26,871 bases of DNA from Okeania sp. (GTDB taxonomy: Bacteria; Cyanobacteriota; Cyanobacteriia; Cyanobacteriales; Microcoleaceae): contig NZ_JAYKGW010000240.1 of NCBI RefSeq assembly GCF_035285525.1, forward strand, positions 1 through 26,871, given 5' to 3'. The notes beneath the pieces are model-generated. The model was not told the origin of the DNA and searched no databases. It worked only from the letters and a program-made list of their open reading frames with translations. How positions within the stretch are numbered: the first letter of the stretch is position 1; every line of letters starts with the position of its first letter. A program made the translations under genes and the position numbers. Below are positions 8,491 to 16,831 of the stretch, piece after piece.

Positions 8491-9047
8491 TAATGTTTTT
8501 CCTCCTGGTTTGATACAGTTATGTATGTCACAGTTGTTTCTGATGCAGCCAACTCAGTTTGCATGATTTCAAACAGACGATACACTCTAATAGTAGTCTG
8601 ATAAGTTGGTTTGCCATCTGGTTGGCTACAAATAGCGTGAACTTCTTTAGTTAGCAACCCCCATTCTAAAGCTTGTATATTAGGATATTCGACTAACTCC
8701 AGACGCAAATGGTATTTATCAATAATTTTTCTGATATCGGCGATGAGTTCGGTAAAATAATTCTCTGTTTCTACTTCAACTTCTTTAATTATTCCCAAAC
8801 GCATGACTAAAGAGGAACGAACTGCAATTACATAAAGACTTATAGCTAACATTGTTCCGACTAAAGCTTCCGTTAAAGCTACATCCGCAGCGCCTAAAAC
8901 TGCATAAACTAATGCTGATACTGCTCCTAAAATAGCTCGAATAACTAGAGCATGATAAGGGTTAACTTGAAATACCAACATCAAAGCTGCTAACGGTAAC
9001 AGGGCGATGATAATATAAACATAAATATCAATCATTTTCTTCTCCAC
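8490..9047 (-). CDS. Mrp antiporter MrpA-C-terminal-like / MbhD (DUF4040) subunit with a ~100-aa soluble C-terminal extension
   Basis: 185 aa. AILGAVSALVYAVLGAADVALTEALVGTMLA matches the MbhD/DUF4040 A.DVALTEA motif. It overlaps both neighbouring genes. Confidence 0.78.
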   Translation of the reverse strand: MEKKMIDIYVYIIIALLPLAALMLVFQVNPYHALVIRAILGAVSALVYAVLGAADVALTEALVGTMLAISLYVIAVRSSLVMRLGIIKEVEVETENYFTELIADIRKIIDKYHLRLELVEYPNIQALEWGLLTKEVHAICSQPDGKPTYQTTIRVYRLFEIMQTELAASETTVTYITVSNQEEKH

Positions 9048-9306
9048 TACTAGAGCAATATGCCAAAACGTATCCCAAAACTGTATTCCAAATTGCTAAA
9101 GTAATAATTGCTAACAGTAACAAAGGCCATTCTTCAGGTATCTTCAGCAGTAAACCAACTATAATACTCATGGAACCCAAGGTATCAGCTACCGACAGAC
9201 TATGGAGTTTAAATAAAACTGATCTATTGCCAAGCAGAGGAAATGTTCCCCAAAACCAGAAAATAACCCCGATGATTATTAGACCGTAACTAAGAATATC
9301 TATCAT
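9028..9306 (-). CDS. mrpG: Mrp antiporter subunit G
   Basis: 92 aa with 3 TM segments. LFKLHSLSVADTLGS resembles the MnhG R.HA....DTLG motif. Its position is between the F and A-like subunits. Confidence 0.78.
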   Translation of the reverse strand: MIDILSYGLIIIGVIFWFWGTFPLLGNRSVLFKLHSLSVADTLGSMSIIVGLLLKIPEEWPLLLLAIITLAIWNTVLGYVLAYCSSSGEEND

Positions 9307-9554
9307 ATTTCGTTCAACCTTTTGATTAAATGTGCGAGTAGCATTAAACCTGCATTACCTACACTGAGAATAATTATTGCAACTACTCCTATAAACCAAT
9401 CATCTCGTGAAACTGAGACAATCAACATCATAATTGAAGTTTTGGTGGCAATACTGGCAAAAGCCAGCATTTTTTGCCAAATATCGTCATCTTGCCAAGC
9501 TTCATAAATAGGTATGAGCAAAGCTAAAATCATGGCAATTAAAATAAAATTCAT
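9303..9554 (-). CDS. mrpF: Mrp antiporter subunit F
   Basis: 83-aa 3-TM protein. The call rests mainly on size, topology, and a 4-nt overlapped position between the E and G subunits. Confidence 0.68.
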   Translation of the reverse strand: MNFILIAMILALLIPIYEAWQDDDIWQKMLAFASIATKTSIMMLIVSVSRDDWFIGVVAIIILSVGNAGLMLLAHLIKRLNEI

Positions 9555-9958
9555 CTTTTTCTACTCCGTTTTCTCCTGCGTTCGACTCGGTGTACTTCAT
9601 ACCACCCCTTTTCGTGATATTTCAAGACAATAGTTTTGGGGGTAAAAGTAATCAAAAATATATCCAGAAATATCAATCCAGGTGTTCGTTGTGGTTTCAC
9701 ACTTTCACAAACCAAAACTTCATCATCATGGGGATGAAACATAATTTGAATGGCTTCAATATAAGCTTGGGGAATGGCGACAATAATTTCCCACAAAACT
9801 CGCAACCAATCATTTAATGCTCCGAGGGATGTTTTGCCGCGTGGTAATAATACAGCAATAGTCACACCAATCATAATATTTGCCGGCCTTAAGTCAGCGG
9901 TGAGTAAAAACCAAATTGTCAGTCGTAGTATTACGTTAAAAAGGGAAGTTGCGTCCAT
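9551..9958 (-). CDS. mrpE: Mrp antiporter subunit E
   Basis: 135 aa. LITFTPKTIVLKYHEKGWYEVHRV resembles the MnhE ITLTPGT......L.VH motif. It has a basic C-terminal tail. Confidence 0.78.
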   Translation of the reverse strand: MDATSLFNVILRLTIWFLLTADLRPANIMIGVTIAVLLPRGKTSLGALNDWLRVLWEIIVAIPQAYIEAIQIMFHPHDDEVLVCESVKPQRTPGLIFLDIFLITFTPKTIVLKYHEKGWYEVHRVERRRKRSRKR

Positions 9959-10220
9959 ATTATTAATGAATAATGAATCATGAATAATTGATAATGAAAA
10001 CTATCTCTAATTATCCATTGAAAAGGAGAGGCTTTAAACCTCTAGGGATCAATTATCAATTTATCAGTTATATCACCTTTAAAGAAGAAAAAAGTAATTG
10101 AGAGATTTCCAAGAATTATTTGAAAATTTGGTAGACGTCTTATAAAAAGCATTTTTATAGCCATATATTTAGTTTTCATAATATTCTATAAATATTGTTA
10201 CTTAACTTGTTTATTACCTA

Positions 10221-10379
10221 CAGGACTAAAGCCATGAACGCTATTAGTAGGGTGTGTTTTGCGTTCCGCAAAGCTCCGCTTTATCTGTCGGCTCAAGCGC
10301 CGAAACGCTACGGGATATGAAAAGCGTACAACGCACAACGCACCTAAACCCTGTCTATGGTGGCTTTGCGTAAGTCCTG
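10221..10379. mobile_element. MITE-like element with caggacta...taagtcctg termini, GTGCGTT/AACGCAC hairpin family
   Basis: Sequence is caggactaaagccatgaacgctattagtagggtgtgttttgcg...atgaaaagcgtacaacgcacaacgcacc...gcgtaagtcctg. An inverted, shorter copy lies at 16633-16744, and shorter relatives at 4521-4575 and 23224-23302. Confidence 0.6.
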
Positions 10380-10410
10380 ACTTAGTTTAGTTACTAATTG
10401 GACAGCTTAT

Positions 10411-10815
10411 CTACAAAGGCTTTTTACACTCCATATTTAATGATAAAGGAAGCATAATTACATCATTAAACCCATGATTTTCTGCCTCTAGTAAGACAAA
10501 ATGAGAAATACCAATATCCTTATTACCCTCTAAAAATTGAGCCATTGTATTTGTATGGACTGAGATACGATTGACTAATCCAGCTTTGAGTAATTGAAAA
10601 TTTTCTGGCTTCAAATATTCTGGGCAACAATTTGGTGTATATTTGCCTTCTAGGAAAACTCGCCAGAAATAATTATCTCAAATACGAATTTCGCTAAAAA
10701 CTTGCTGACAACAATCTTCTACAAATCCCGACACTCCATTTTTCAGGTAGCGCTCCATTTGTTCTCGTTGTTGACGAGGAACACCTAGCATCCACAGGTT
10801 CAAGTCACTATCCAT
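10411..10815 (-). pseudogene. Truncated gene fragment with an in-frame TGA, lying between mrpD and mrpE. It tentatively resembles the C-terminal part of DUF3419/BtaA-like proteins.
   Basis: The minus-strand frame spans 135 codons: MDSDLNLWMLGVPRQQREQMERYLKNGVSGFVEDCCQQVFSEIRI*DNYFWRVFLEGKYTPNCCPEYLKPENFQLLKAGLVNRISVHTNTMAQFLEGNKDIGISHFVLLEAENHGFNDVIMLPLSLNMECKKPL*. The stop lies at 10680..10678, plausibly TGG to TGA. The ORF-track entry 10411..10614 is only the distal part. The family assignment is from memory (DNYF....L.G.Y...P.YL.PENF..L) and is unverified. Confidence 0.65.
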
Positions 10816-10833
10816 AAATTGTTAGTAGTAGTA

Positions 10834-12291
10834 TTACGTTACAAGGCGAAGTTGTGTCAATGCTATCCAGAATAGTAATATTAACATGAGGCTCATCAAC
10901 CCAATTAGATGCTCAAATTGTTCGATCGCTCTTGGTATTTTAATAGCTAATTTCTTAAAAATCAAGAAATATGCTAACCAACCAATAGCGATGGTTACTA
11001 ATGGTTTAATAATATTTTCGATGCTGTAAGCTTCATAATAAACAGCGTTTGCTACTATCAAACCGCCGAGTAAGAGTACCATTGCCGACCAAAAACCAGA
11101 GTTGACTTTGATGGTTTGCTCGTTTTTCTGGTGAGGTAGAAAAATGAATTTAGCAAAAGAAATGGCTGTTCCAACTGCGGCAATATTCATGCCAACAACT
11201 TGCCAGGGTAAGAGATTTTTTGCAGTTAGGACTTTGGCTCCAAAACCCGAAAGGAGGGGAAAACCAGATATGGAAAAACTAGCGATCGCTAATGCAAACC
11301 AAATTCGGTTATCAATAGGATGATGATGTAATTCTTTAAAATTTCGACTTGGCAAAACTCCTGCTATTAAAAATAAAGCAGATTTTACTAAACCATGAGT
11401 TAAAGCATAGAAACCTCCTACTATTGGAGCTGCAAGTACAAAACCTAACTGAGAAATGGTGTGAAATGCTAACATTCGCTTCGTATCTTTTTCAAATACA
11501 GCAAAAGCAACTCCTAAAACTGCGGTACAGACTCCAAAATATCTAACTATCGGATCGACTTCTGGTAATATCAGCGCACAACGTACTAATGGAAAGACTC
11601 CTGCTTTCACTACTACTCCGGACAACATTGCCGATACTGGACTTTCTGACTCAGAGTGAGTGAGAGGCAACCATAACCCAGAGACAAAGATACCACCTTT
11701 TGCCAATAATCCCAAAAATATGAGAGCGATCGCTTCTGGAGGAGCATTCAGCAAACCCATAAAATGAAAAGAATTATTAGCTTTATATACTAAAACTGCT
11801 CCCACCAGATAAAATAACATTGAGGTATTACTGACAAACAAATAGCGCAATCCTACCCAGATCGATTTATCGGTACGAGGATAACTTATCAGCAAAAAAG
11901 AAGCAATACTTATTACTTCTAAAGCTACATATAAACTAATAAAATCTGCACAAATAAAAGTAGCATTAACACTTCCATGCAGAATCACAGCTTGCATATA
12001 GAAAAAAGGTGTTTTATTACTTTGCCAACAATAAAGAATTACTGCTGTTGTGACTAGAGCATTAGTAATAATGAAAAATCCACTCAAATTATCAATAGTT
12101 AAACTAACACCAAAACTATCTAATAATTGGATATCTTTTACATCAGATAAACCGGAAAATATATACAAGGCATAATCAGCAGAAACAAATGCTATTCCTA
12201 ATGCTAAAAAGCGGTCTATTTTGGGGATTAAATAAATAATAAATCCCACAAAAAATGGTAGTGCCATCCAGGTGATCGTAATATTGGTCAT
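10834..12291 (-). CDS. mrpD: Mrp antiporter subunit D (NuoN/NuoM-like proton-conducting membrane transporter)
   Basis: 485-aa polytopic ORF. WLPLTHSESESPVSAMLSGVVVKAGVF matches the WLP.AH...P.PVSA.L.....K.G motif of complex-I antiporter-like subunits. Confidence 0.9.
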   Translation of the reverse strand: MTNITITWMALPFFVGFIIYLIPKIDRFLALGIAFVSADYALYIFSGLSDVKDIQLLDSFGVSLTIDNLSGFFIITNALVTTAVILYCWQSNKTPFFYMQAVILHGSVNATFICADFISLYVALEVISIASFLLISYPRTDKSIWVGLRYLFVSNTSMLFYLVGAVLVYKANNSFHFMGLLNAPPEAIALIFLGLLAKGGIFVSGLWLPLTHSESESPVSAMLSGVVVKAGVFPLVRCALILPEVDPIVRYFGVCTAVLGVAFAVFEKDTKRMLAFHTISQLGFVLAAPIVGGFYALTHGLVKSALFLIAGVLPSRNFKELHHHPIDNRIWFALAIASFSISGFPLLSGFGAKVLTAKNLLPWQVVGMNIAAVGTAISFAKFIFLPHQKNEQTIKVNSGFWSAMVLLLGGLIVANAVYYEAYSIENIIKPLVTIAIGWLAYFLIFKKLAIKIPRAIEQFEHLIGLMSLMLILLFWIALTQLRLVT

Positions 12292-12342
12292 TTCAGTTAT
12301 CAGCTTTTTCAGTTATCATTTATCAGCTTTTTCAGTTATCAG
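12292..12342. repeat. Tandem TCAGTTATCAG(C)TTTT-type repeat abutting the mrpD start
   Basis: Sequence is ttcagttatcagctttttcagttatcatttatcagctttttcagttatcag. A related ttcagttatcagctatcag follows the usp stop at 4279. Confidence 0.8.
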
Positions 12343-12539
12343 TTGTTAGTACCAACTGTTAAACTCAAAAGCTTGATATGAAATACAGATATTAATCATT
12401 CAATGTTTCCAGTGCGGACATCTTCCTCGCGTGGGTGTACCTCGTCAAGACAGGGCTAATTATTTGTCGCCAGAGAATATTTACAACTCTATATTTTTTT
12501 TTCAGTTCTGTACTTCCCAGACTTGCCACACTCCCCACC

Positions 12540-12878
12540 TTATGATGGTGTATTATTTTCTTCGATCGCTTTAGTTTCCAGAGTCGGATTATCTTTTGCT
12601 AGCTTCATTACACCCACTAACATTAATGCTTGAATAGAAAAACCAATAACAATAGCAGTTAAAATAACAGCCTGGGGAACGGGGTCAGAATAAGCAACAT
12701 TTTTGCCTGTAGCTACAATAGGGGTAAATACACCATCCCTTGATGCTACCAATACATAGTAAGCAATAACTCCTGTACTCATAATATCCATAGATATGAT
12801 TTTCATCACCAAATTTTTCTTAAAAATGATGCCAAAAAATCCGCATAATACGGTGAAAAATATACAAGCTTCTAACAT
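12540..12878 (-). CDS. mrpC: Mrp antiporter subunit C (NuoK-like)
   Basis: 112 aa with 3 TM segments. SDPVPQAVILTAIVIGFSIQALML matches the MnhC DP.PQAL.LTAIVI motif. It is the first gene of the operon. Confidence 0.88.
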   Translation of the reverse strand: MLEACIFFTVLCGFFGIIFKKNLVMKIISMDIMSTGVIAYYVLVASRDGVFTPIVATGKNVAYSDPVPQAVILTAIVIGFSIQALMLVGVMKLAKDNPTLETKAIEENNTPS

Positions 12879-13189
12879 ATTAGTTCATTATTTAGTTTAA
12901 ATCAGGACTAAATGTCAACCCAGAAACCCGGTTTCTAGTAGACGTTTACAGTTCAAAACAACGATTTGCCCTAGAAACCGGGTTCCTCCCTTGTAAGTCC
13001 TATAAATATTAAGATTTTACAATGTTTTAATATAAAATTATCAATATAAAAGAAAAAGATGGAAAAACATTCTACGGCTCTCAGATTTTGTTGATGTTGG
13101 GAACTTAAAGACAAATGGCCATTTGCTTCTATGAAGTTGTTATATTTTTTCTGAAAAGTGGCCAATTTTAGGATAATATTATATCCCGA

Positions 13190-13340
13190 CTATTCCCTGT
13201 TCCCTCTTTTAGTTAAATGTTACCAGTGGGATTTTTCGGGAACCGTGCATCTTGCTCCCGTGGATGTATCTCACAAAACTGGAATCTATAGCGCTGTGCC
13301 CAGGGAACAGGGAACAGGGAACAGGGAACAGAAGGAATAG
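13190..13340. repeat. Repeat element with inverted ctattccctgttccc / gggaacag..ggaatag ends, containing a (CAGGGAA) x4 heptamer array
   Basis: The left end, 13190-13207, is ctattccctgttccctc. The internal segment ccgtgcatcttgctcccgtggatgtatctcac is related to 12414-12450. tatagcgctgtgcccagggaac is related to the 22403 element. The heptamer array lies at 13301-13328. Confidence 0.6.
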
Positions 13341-13463
13341 ATTGCTTATAACATAAGATTTTTAGCTATTGGACAGTTCCTGTGATTTGTAAATATTAAG
13401 TGCGCACATTGCTATACTGTATAAACCTACTTCAGAAATTAGAAATTTTCAGCCAAAAAAATG

Positions 13464-13489
13464 TAGGGACGTCCCATGGAACGTCCCTA
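13464..13489 (-). terminator. Palindromic hairpin (TAGGGACGT...ACGTCCCTA family), likely intrinsic terminator of the FG-GAP gene
   Basis: Sequence is tagggacgtcccatggaacgtcccta. On the minus strand it is followed by cattttttt. It lies 63 nt downstream of the stop at 13552. Confidence 0.6.
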
Positions 13490-13551
13490 CTGTGGCCTAT
13501 CTATTAAAAGACTATTCTAAATCTGGTTTTGGTTTTTTGTGTCCTAACTAC

Positions 13552-15240
13552 TTAGAACCAAGTATTTTCATAAAAGCTAGCGACACCATCCCAGTTACCA
13601 ACGAAAGCATCTAAATCTGTATCTCCATCTAAATCTCCAAAAGCGGGAGCGCTATAAGTTCCAACATCAATACCATTAAGGGGGTTAGCATTTCCTGTTC
13701 TTTCTTTGAATTTAGCTTTTTTTATAGTACCAGTATTTTGGAAATATCGTACTGTACCATCTTTGTTACCAATTAAAGCATCATAATCTTGATCGTCATC
13801 TACATCTACAAAAGCAATTTTACTGTACTCACCCACATCTACTCCATTCAAAGGATTAGGGCCACCAGCAATTAAAGCAAACCGAGGCCGTTTTTGCGTA
13901 CCATTATTCCGGAAGTATGAGATATTGCCATCACGGTTCCCACTAAAAGCATCATAATCTCCATCGTTATCTATATCTACAAAAGTAGGGGTACTGTCAT
14001 TACCTACATTTAAACCATTGAAGGGATTCTCAACAGCTTTAGAACGAGCAAACCGAGGGTCATCTTTTGCACCCACATTTTCATAAAATATAATATTGCC
14101 ATCGTTGTACCCACTAAAAGCATCATAATCTCCATCATTGTCTATATCTACAAATGCAGGGGAACTATTATAACGATTATAACGATCATTTATCCCCCAA
14201 AATGGATTTTCTGTGGCAACTGGTTGATAAAAACGGGGTTGATTTGTAGTACCAATATTCTCCAAGTAGTTAATATTACCAGCGCTGTTACCAATGACAG
14301 CATCTAAATCTTCATCTCCATCTATGTCTATTAAAGTTGGAATGTTACGATTACCTACATCATACAGTTCTAGAGGGTTAGTAAAAAATTCTGGTTCCTT
14401 GATTTCGCCAATATTTTCCAGATAATCAACTGTTCCATCCTTTTTACCTACAAAAAAGTCATAATCTTTGTCATTATCTATATCTGCAAAAGTTGGTATA
14501 CTATAATCACCGATGTCATAACTAAATACAGGATTTTTACTACCAATAACCTGGGAAAAAGTAGGGCGTTTTTTAGTACCAGTATTTTCATATAATTCTA
14601 CAGTACCATTACGGTTGCCCACGAAGGCATCATAATCTTTATCGTTATCTATATCTATAAAAGTAGGCGCACTACGATCGCCTATATCGTAGCCATCAAA
14701 TGGATTTTTCTTTCCGGTTTGTTCTTTAAATTTGGGATTTTTTTTGTTACCTGTATTTTGATAGTAACTAACAGTACCATCTGAGTTACCAATAAAAACG
14801 TCATAATCTCCATCTTTGTTAATATCGACAAAGACAGGAACGCTGTAGGCACCTACATCAACACCAGATAATGGGTTGCCCACTTGACTTTGCTCAAACC
14901 GAGGTTTTCTCCAGTTCCGGGTATTTTCGTAGTATATAACCTCACCATTGATATTGCCAAAGAAAGCATCTAAGTCTTTATCTCCATCAATATCGACAAA
15001 AGCTGGTTGACTATAAAGTCCTACATTTACACCATCAAAAGGATTTTTATTTCCGGTTCTTTCTCGGTAATCTGGTTCTTCTGGGTTGCCTACATTTTCC
15101 CAGTAACCGACTGTTCCATTCCTGTTTCCCACAAAAGCGTCTAAGTCCTTATCACCATCTATATCTACAAATATGGTGTTGCTGTAGCTGTCAACTGCAA
15201 CATCTGCTAATGGGTTTTTTACTTCAAAATCAATTGCCAT
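13552..15240 (-). CDS. FG-GAP/VCBS (integrin-alpha-like) repeat protein with ten ~56-aa repeats and no signal peptide
   Basis: 562 aa. There are ten copies of F(V/I)DIDxDxDxDaFvGNxxGtvxYyeNtG with Ca-binding-like DxDxDxD loops: FVDIDGDKDLDAFVGN, FVDIDGDKDLDAFFGN, FVDINKDGDYDVFIGN, FIDIDNDKDYDAFVGN, FADIDNDKDYDFFVGK, LIDIDGDEDLDAVIGN, FVDIDNDGDYDAFSGY, FVDIDNDGDYDAFSGN, FVDVDDDQDYDALIGN, FGDLDGDTDLDAFVGN. Confidence 0.9.
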   Translation of the reverse strand: MAIDFEVKNPLADVAVDSYSNTIFVDIDGDKDLDAFVGNRNGTVGYWENVGNPEEPDYRERTGNKNPFDGVNVGLYSQPAFVDIDGDKDLDAFFGNINGEVIYYENTRNWRKPRFEQSQVGNPLSGVDVGAYSVPVFVDINKDGDYDVFIGNSDGTVSYYQNTGNKKNPKFKEQTGKKNPFDGYDIGDRSAPTFIDIDNDKDYDAFVGNRNGTVELYENTGTKKRPTFSQVIGSKNPVFSYDIGDYSIPTFADIDNDKDYDFFVGKKDGTVDYLENIGEIKEPEFFTNPLELYDVGNRNIPTLIDIDGDEDLDAVIGNSAGNINYLENIGTTNQPRFYQPVATENPFWGINDRYNRYNSSPAFVDIDNDGDYDAFSGYNDGNIIFYENVGAKDDPRFARSKAVENPFNGLNVGNDSTPTFVDIDNDGDYDAFSGNRDGNISYFRNNGTQKRPRFALIAGGPNPLNGVDVGEYSKIAFVDVDDDQDYDALIGNKDGTVRYFQNTGTIKKAKFKERTGNANPLNGIDVGTYSAPAFGDLDGDTDLDAFVGNWDGVASFYENTWF

Positions 15241-15950
15241 TTTTTTCTGCTTTAAAATACGAAACTAGGTACAATTTTGGCATAAGAAAATGATAATGAT
15301 ATGTAGCGATCGCAATTTTTAACAAACATTTTTCCTGAACTTAAATTACTGACTAGAAAAGAGTTTAGGGGGTTCAGATTCATGGTTTTACTACATAGCA
15401 ATGGTGAGAATATTTATTTTTTTCACACTCCTATATACTTCTTATATCCTTTTTTATACACCCCTATCAGATTGCTGATCTCGACGGAATATTTTGCTAA
15501 TATTGTTGCTGATAATGACAGAAATACATTATTTTTTGTAAGTCTTTTTTCATGAAAAATTAGATCTAAAATAAACTGGTTATATCAAATGATTTTGTTG
15601 TTATCAAGTGTTATGAAAAACTTGTTATATGGGAATTCGATAATATTAGTATGATTATAAACTTCCTATTAATTATCGCAAAATATTTGAAAAATAGTAT
15701 AAATAAATTTGCTGGCGCAAAGGACTAATAAATTGGGTTGATTGGTGTGATATTGTTGTTCAAACCACAAAATTTCCGTAAAGAAACCCGGTTTTTGTGC
15801 AAGTCTGGAAATAAGTGTTTACTCTTTCTGGGAAAAGAGCGATCGCTCCTTATTGCTGATGTTACAATTATCGTCATAGTAGTGCTAGCAATATGAAACC
15901 TACCCTACTAATAATAGCAACCTTAAAACTATATTGTTACTAATTTATCA

Positions 15951-16547
15951 ATGTCTTATAGTCAATTTACAATGCCACAAATAAAATCATAATTTGGCAT
16001 TTTACTCTCAGAAAAAATAGGCATATTTTCCAAAATTCCAGAATCACAATACAGCCAATTTTTATCAGAAACTCTGGATTATAATATTCCATTAGCTCTG
16101 GCAATTAATTCTGAAAAATCTCGTTCGGAACTGATAGTTATGCCTATTCTAATTGAACTAAAACAACAATTATGAAATCAAATAAGTCTATTTTCTGGGA
16201 AATAATTTACAGTTGATTCTCAGAGAAGTTTAAATGGATTTGGCGATTTTTTAATTAGTAAATCTCCTGAACAGTTAGTTATAGAAGCTCCGGTTGTTAC
16301 TGTGGTGAAAGCAAAAAATGATAATATAGAAACAGGTCTCGGTCAATGTATGGCATAAATGATTGCTGCTCAATTATTTAATCAGCAAAAAGGAAATGAA
16401 ATTAAAAAAATTTTTGCAGTTATTATAACAGCTAGTCTCTGGAAATTTATGGAGCTAGAAAATCAAACTATTACTATTGATATAAATGAATATTTTTTAG
16501 GAAATTTAGGTCAGATTATTGGGATTCTGAAAAGCTTCATTGAATAA
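15951..16547 (+). pseudogene. Conserved-hypothetical pseudogene (199-codon frame with four in-frame stops), possibly a PD-(D/E)XK-like nuclease-fold family
   Basis: A single frame reads MSYSQFTMPQIKS*FGILLSEKIGIFSKIPESQYSQFLSETLDYNIPLALAINSEKSRSELIVMPILIELKQQL*NQISLFSGK*FTVDSQRSLNGFGDFLISKSPEQLVIEAPVVTVVKAKNDNIETGLGQCMA*MIAAQLFNQQKGNEIKKIFAVIITASLWKFMELENQTITIDINEYFLGNLGQIIGILKSFIE*. The stops are at 15990 (TAA), 16173 (TGA), 16203 (TAA) and 16356 (TAA). ORF-track entry 16359..16547 is only the last segment. The family resemblance is from memory of common cyanobacterial hypothetical proteins and is unverified. Confidence 0.7.
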
Positions 16548-16632
16548 CAGAGGATTTCAGTAATTAATAATTATTACCCCTTCTTAAAAGAAGGTGATTG
16601 ACTAAAAAACTAAATGCTTACTTAGATTGTTC

Positions 16633-16744
16633 GGGAGTTACGCAAGGGTATTATATATGGAGTTTTGGTGCGTGGTGCGTTCTGCGCTTTTCATGTCGCG
16701 TAGCCAAACACACCCTAATAATAGCGTTCATAGCTTTAGTCCTG
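16633..16744. mobile_element. Inverted, shorter copy of the 10221-10379 MITE-like element
   Basis: The reverse complement reads caggactaaagctatgaacgctattattagggtgtgtttggctacgcgacatgaaaagcgcagaacgcaccacgcaccaaaactcc. This matches caggactaaagccatgaacgctattagtagggtgtgtttt...atgaaaagcgtacaacgcacaacgcacc. Confidence 0.6.
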
Positions 16745-16831
16745 TTTTTTTAAGCATTATGTACTATGCCACAACTTTGTATAATGTTTAAATACAAGAT
16801 AAAATGATGAAGATATCAAAATAATCCATGT

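Noticed and set aside
2501-10022. Recurrent AATTATCCATT / ATTATCAATTATC motifs at 2501-2530, 5773-5794 and 10011-10022 (and in inverted form at about 26563)
   Set aside because: The motifs are short and AT-rich in an AT-rich genome. They could be a dispersed repeat core, but I cannot distinguish that from chance without genome-wide counts.
7769-11546. ORFs 7769..8041 (-), 8345..8566 (+), 9322..9507 (+), 9590..9817 (+), 9774..9983 (+) and 11349..11546 (+)
   Set aside because: They are alternative or antisense frames inside well-supported mrp membrane-subunit genes.
12971-13340. ORFs 12971..13165 (-) and 13158..13340 (+)
   Set aside because: They lie in repeat-filled intergenic DNA. The second ends by translating the CAGGGAA heptamer array (QGTGNREQ...), which is a repeat artefact.
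13552-15240. Diversity-generating retroelement or cassette-type variation acting on the repeat proteins
   Set aside because: There is no reverse transcriptase, no template/variable repeat pair and no recombinase in the window. The repeat divergence looks like ordinary intragenic repeat evolution.
6875-16547. In-frame stops as programmed recoding (selenocysteine, readthrough, alternative genetic code)
   Set aside because: All three stop codons are involved. The same codons terminate the intact genes normally, and I saw no SECIS-like context. The affected genes also carry deletions, a frameshift and active-site missense changes, so they are ordinary pseudogenes.
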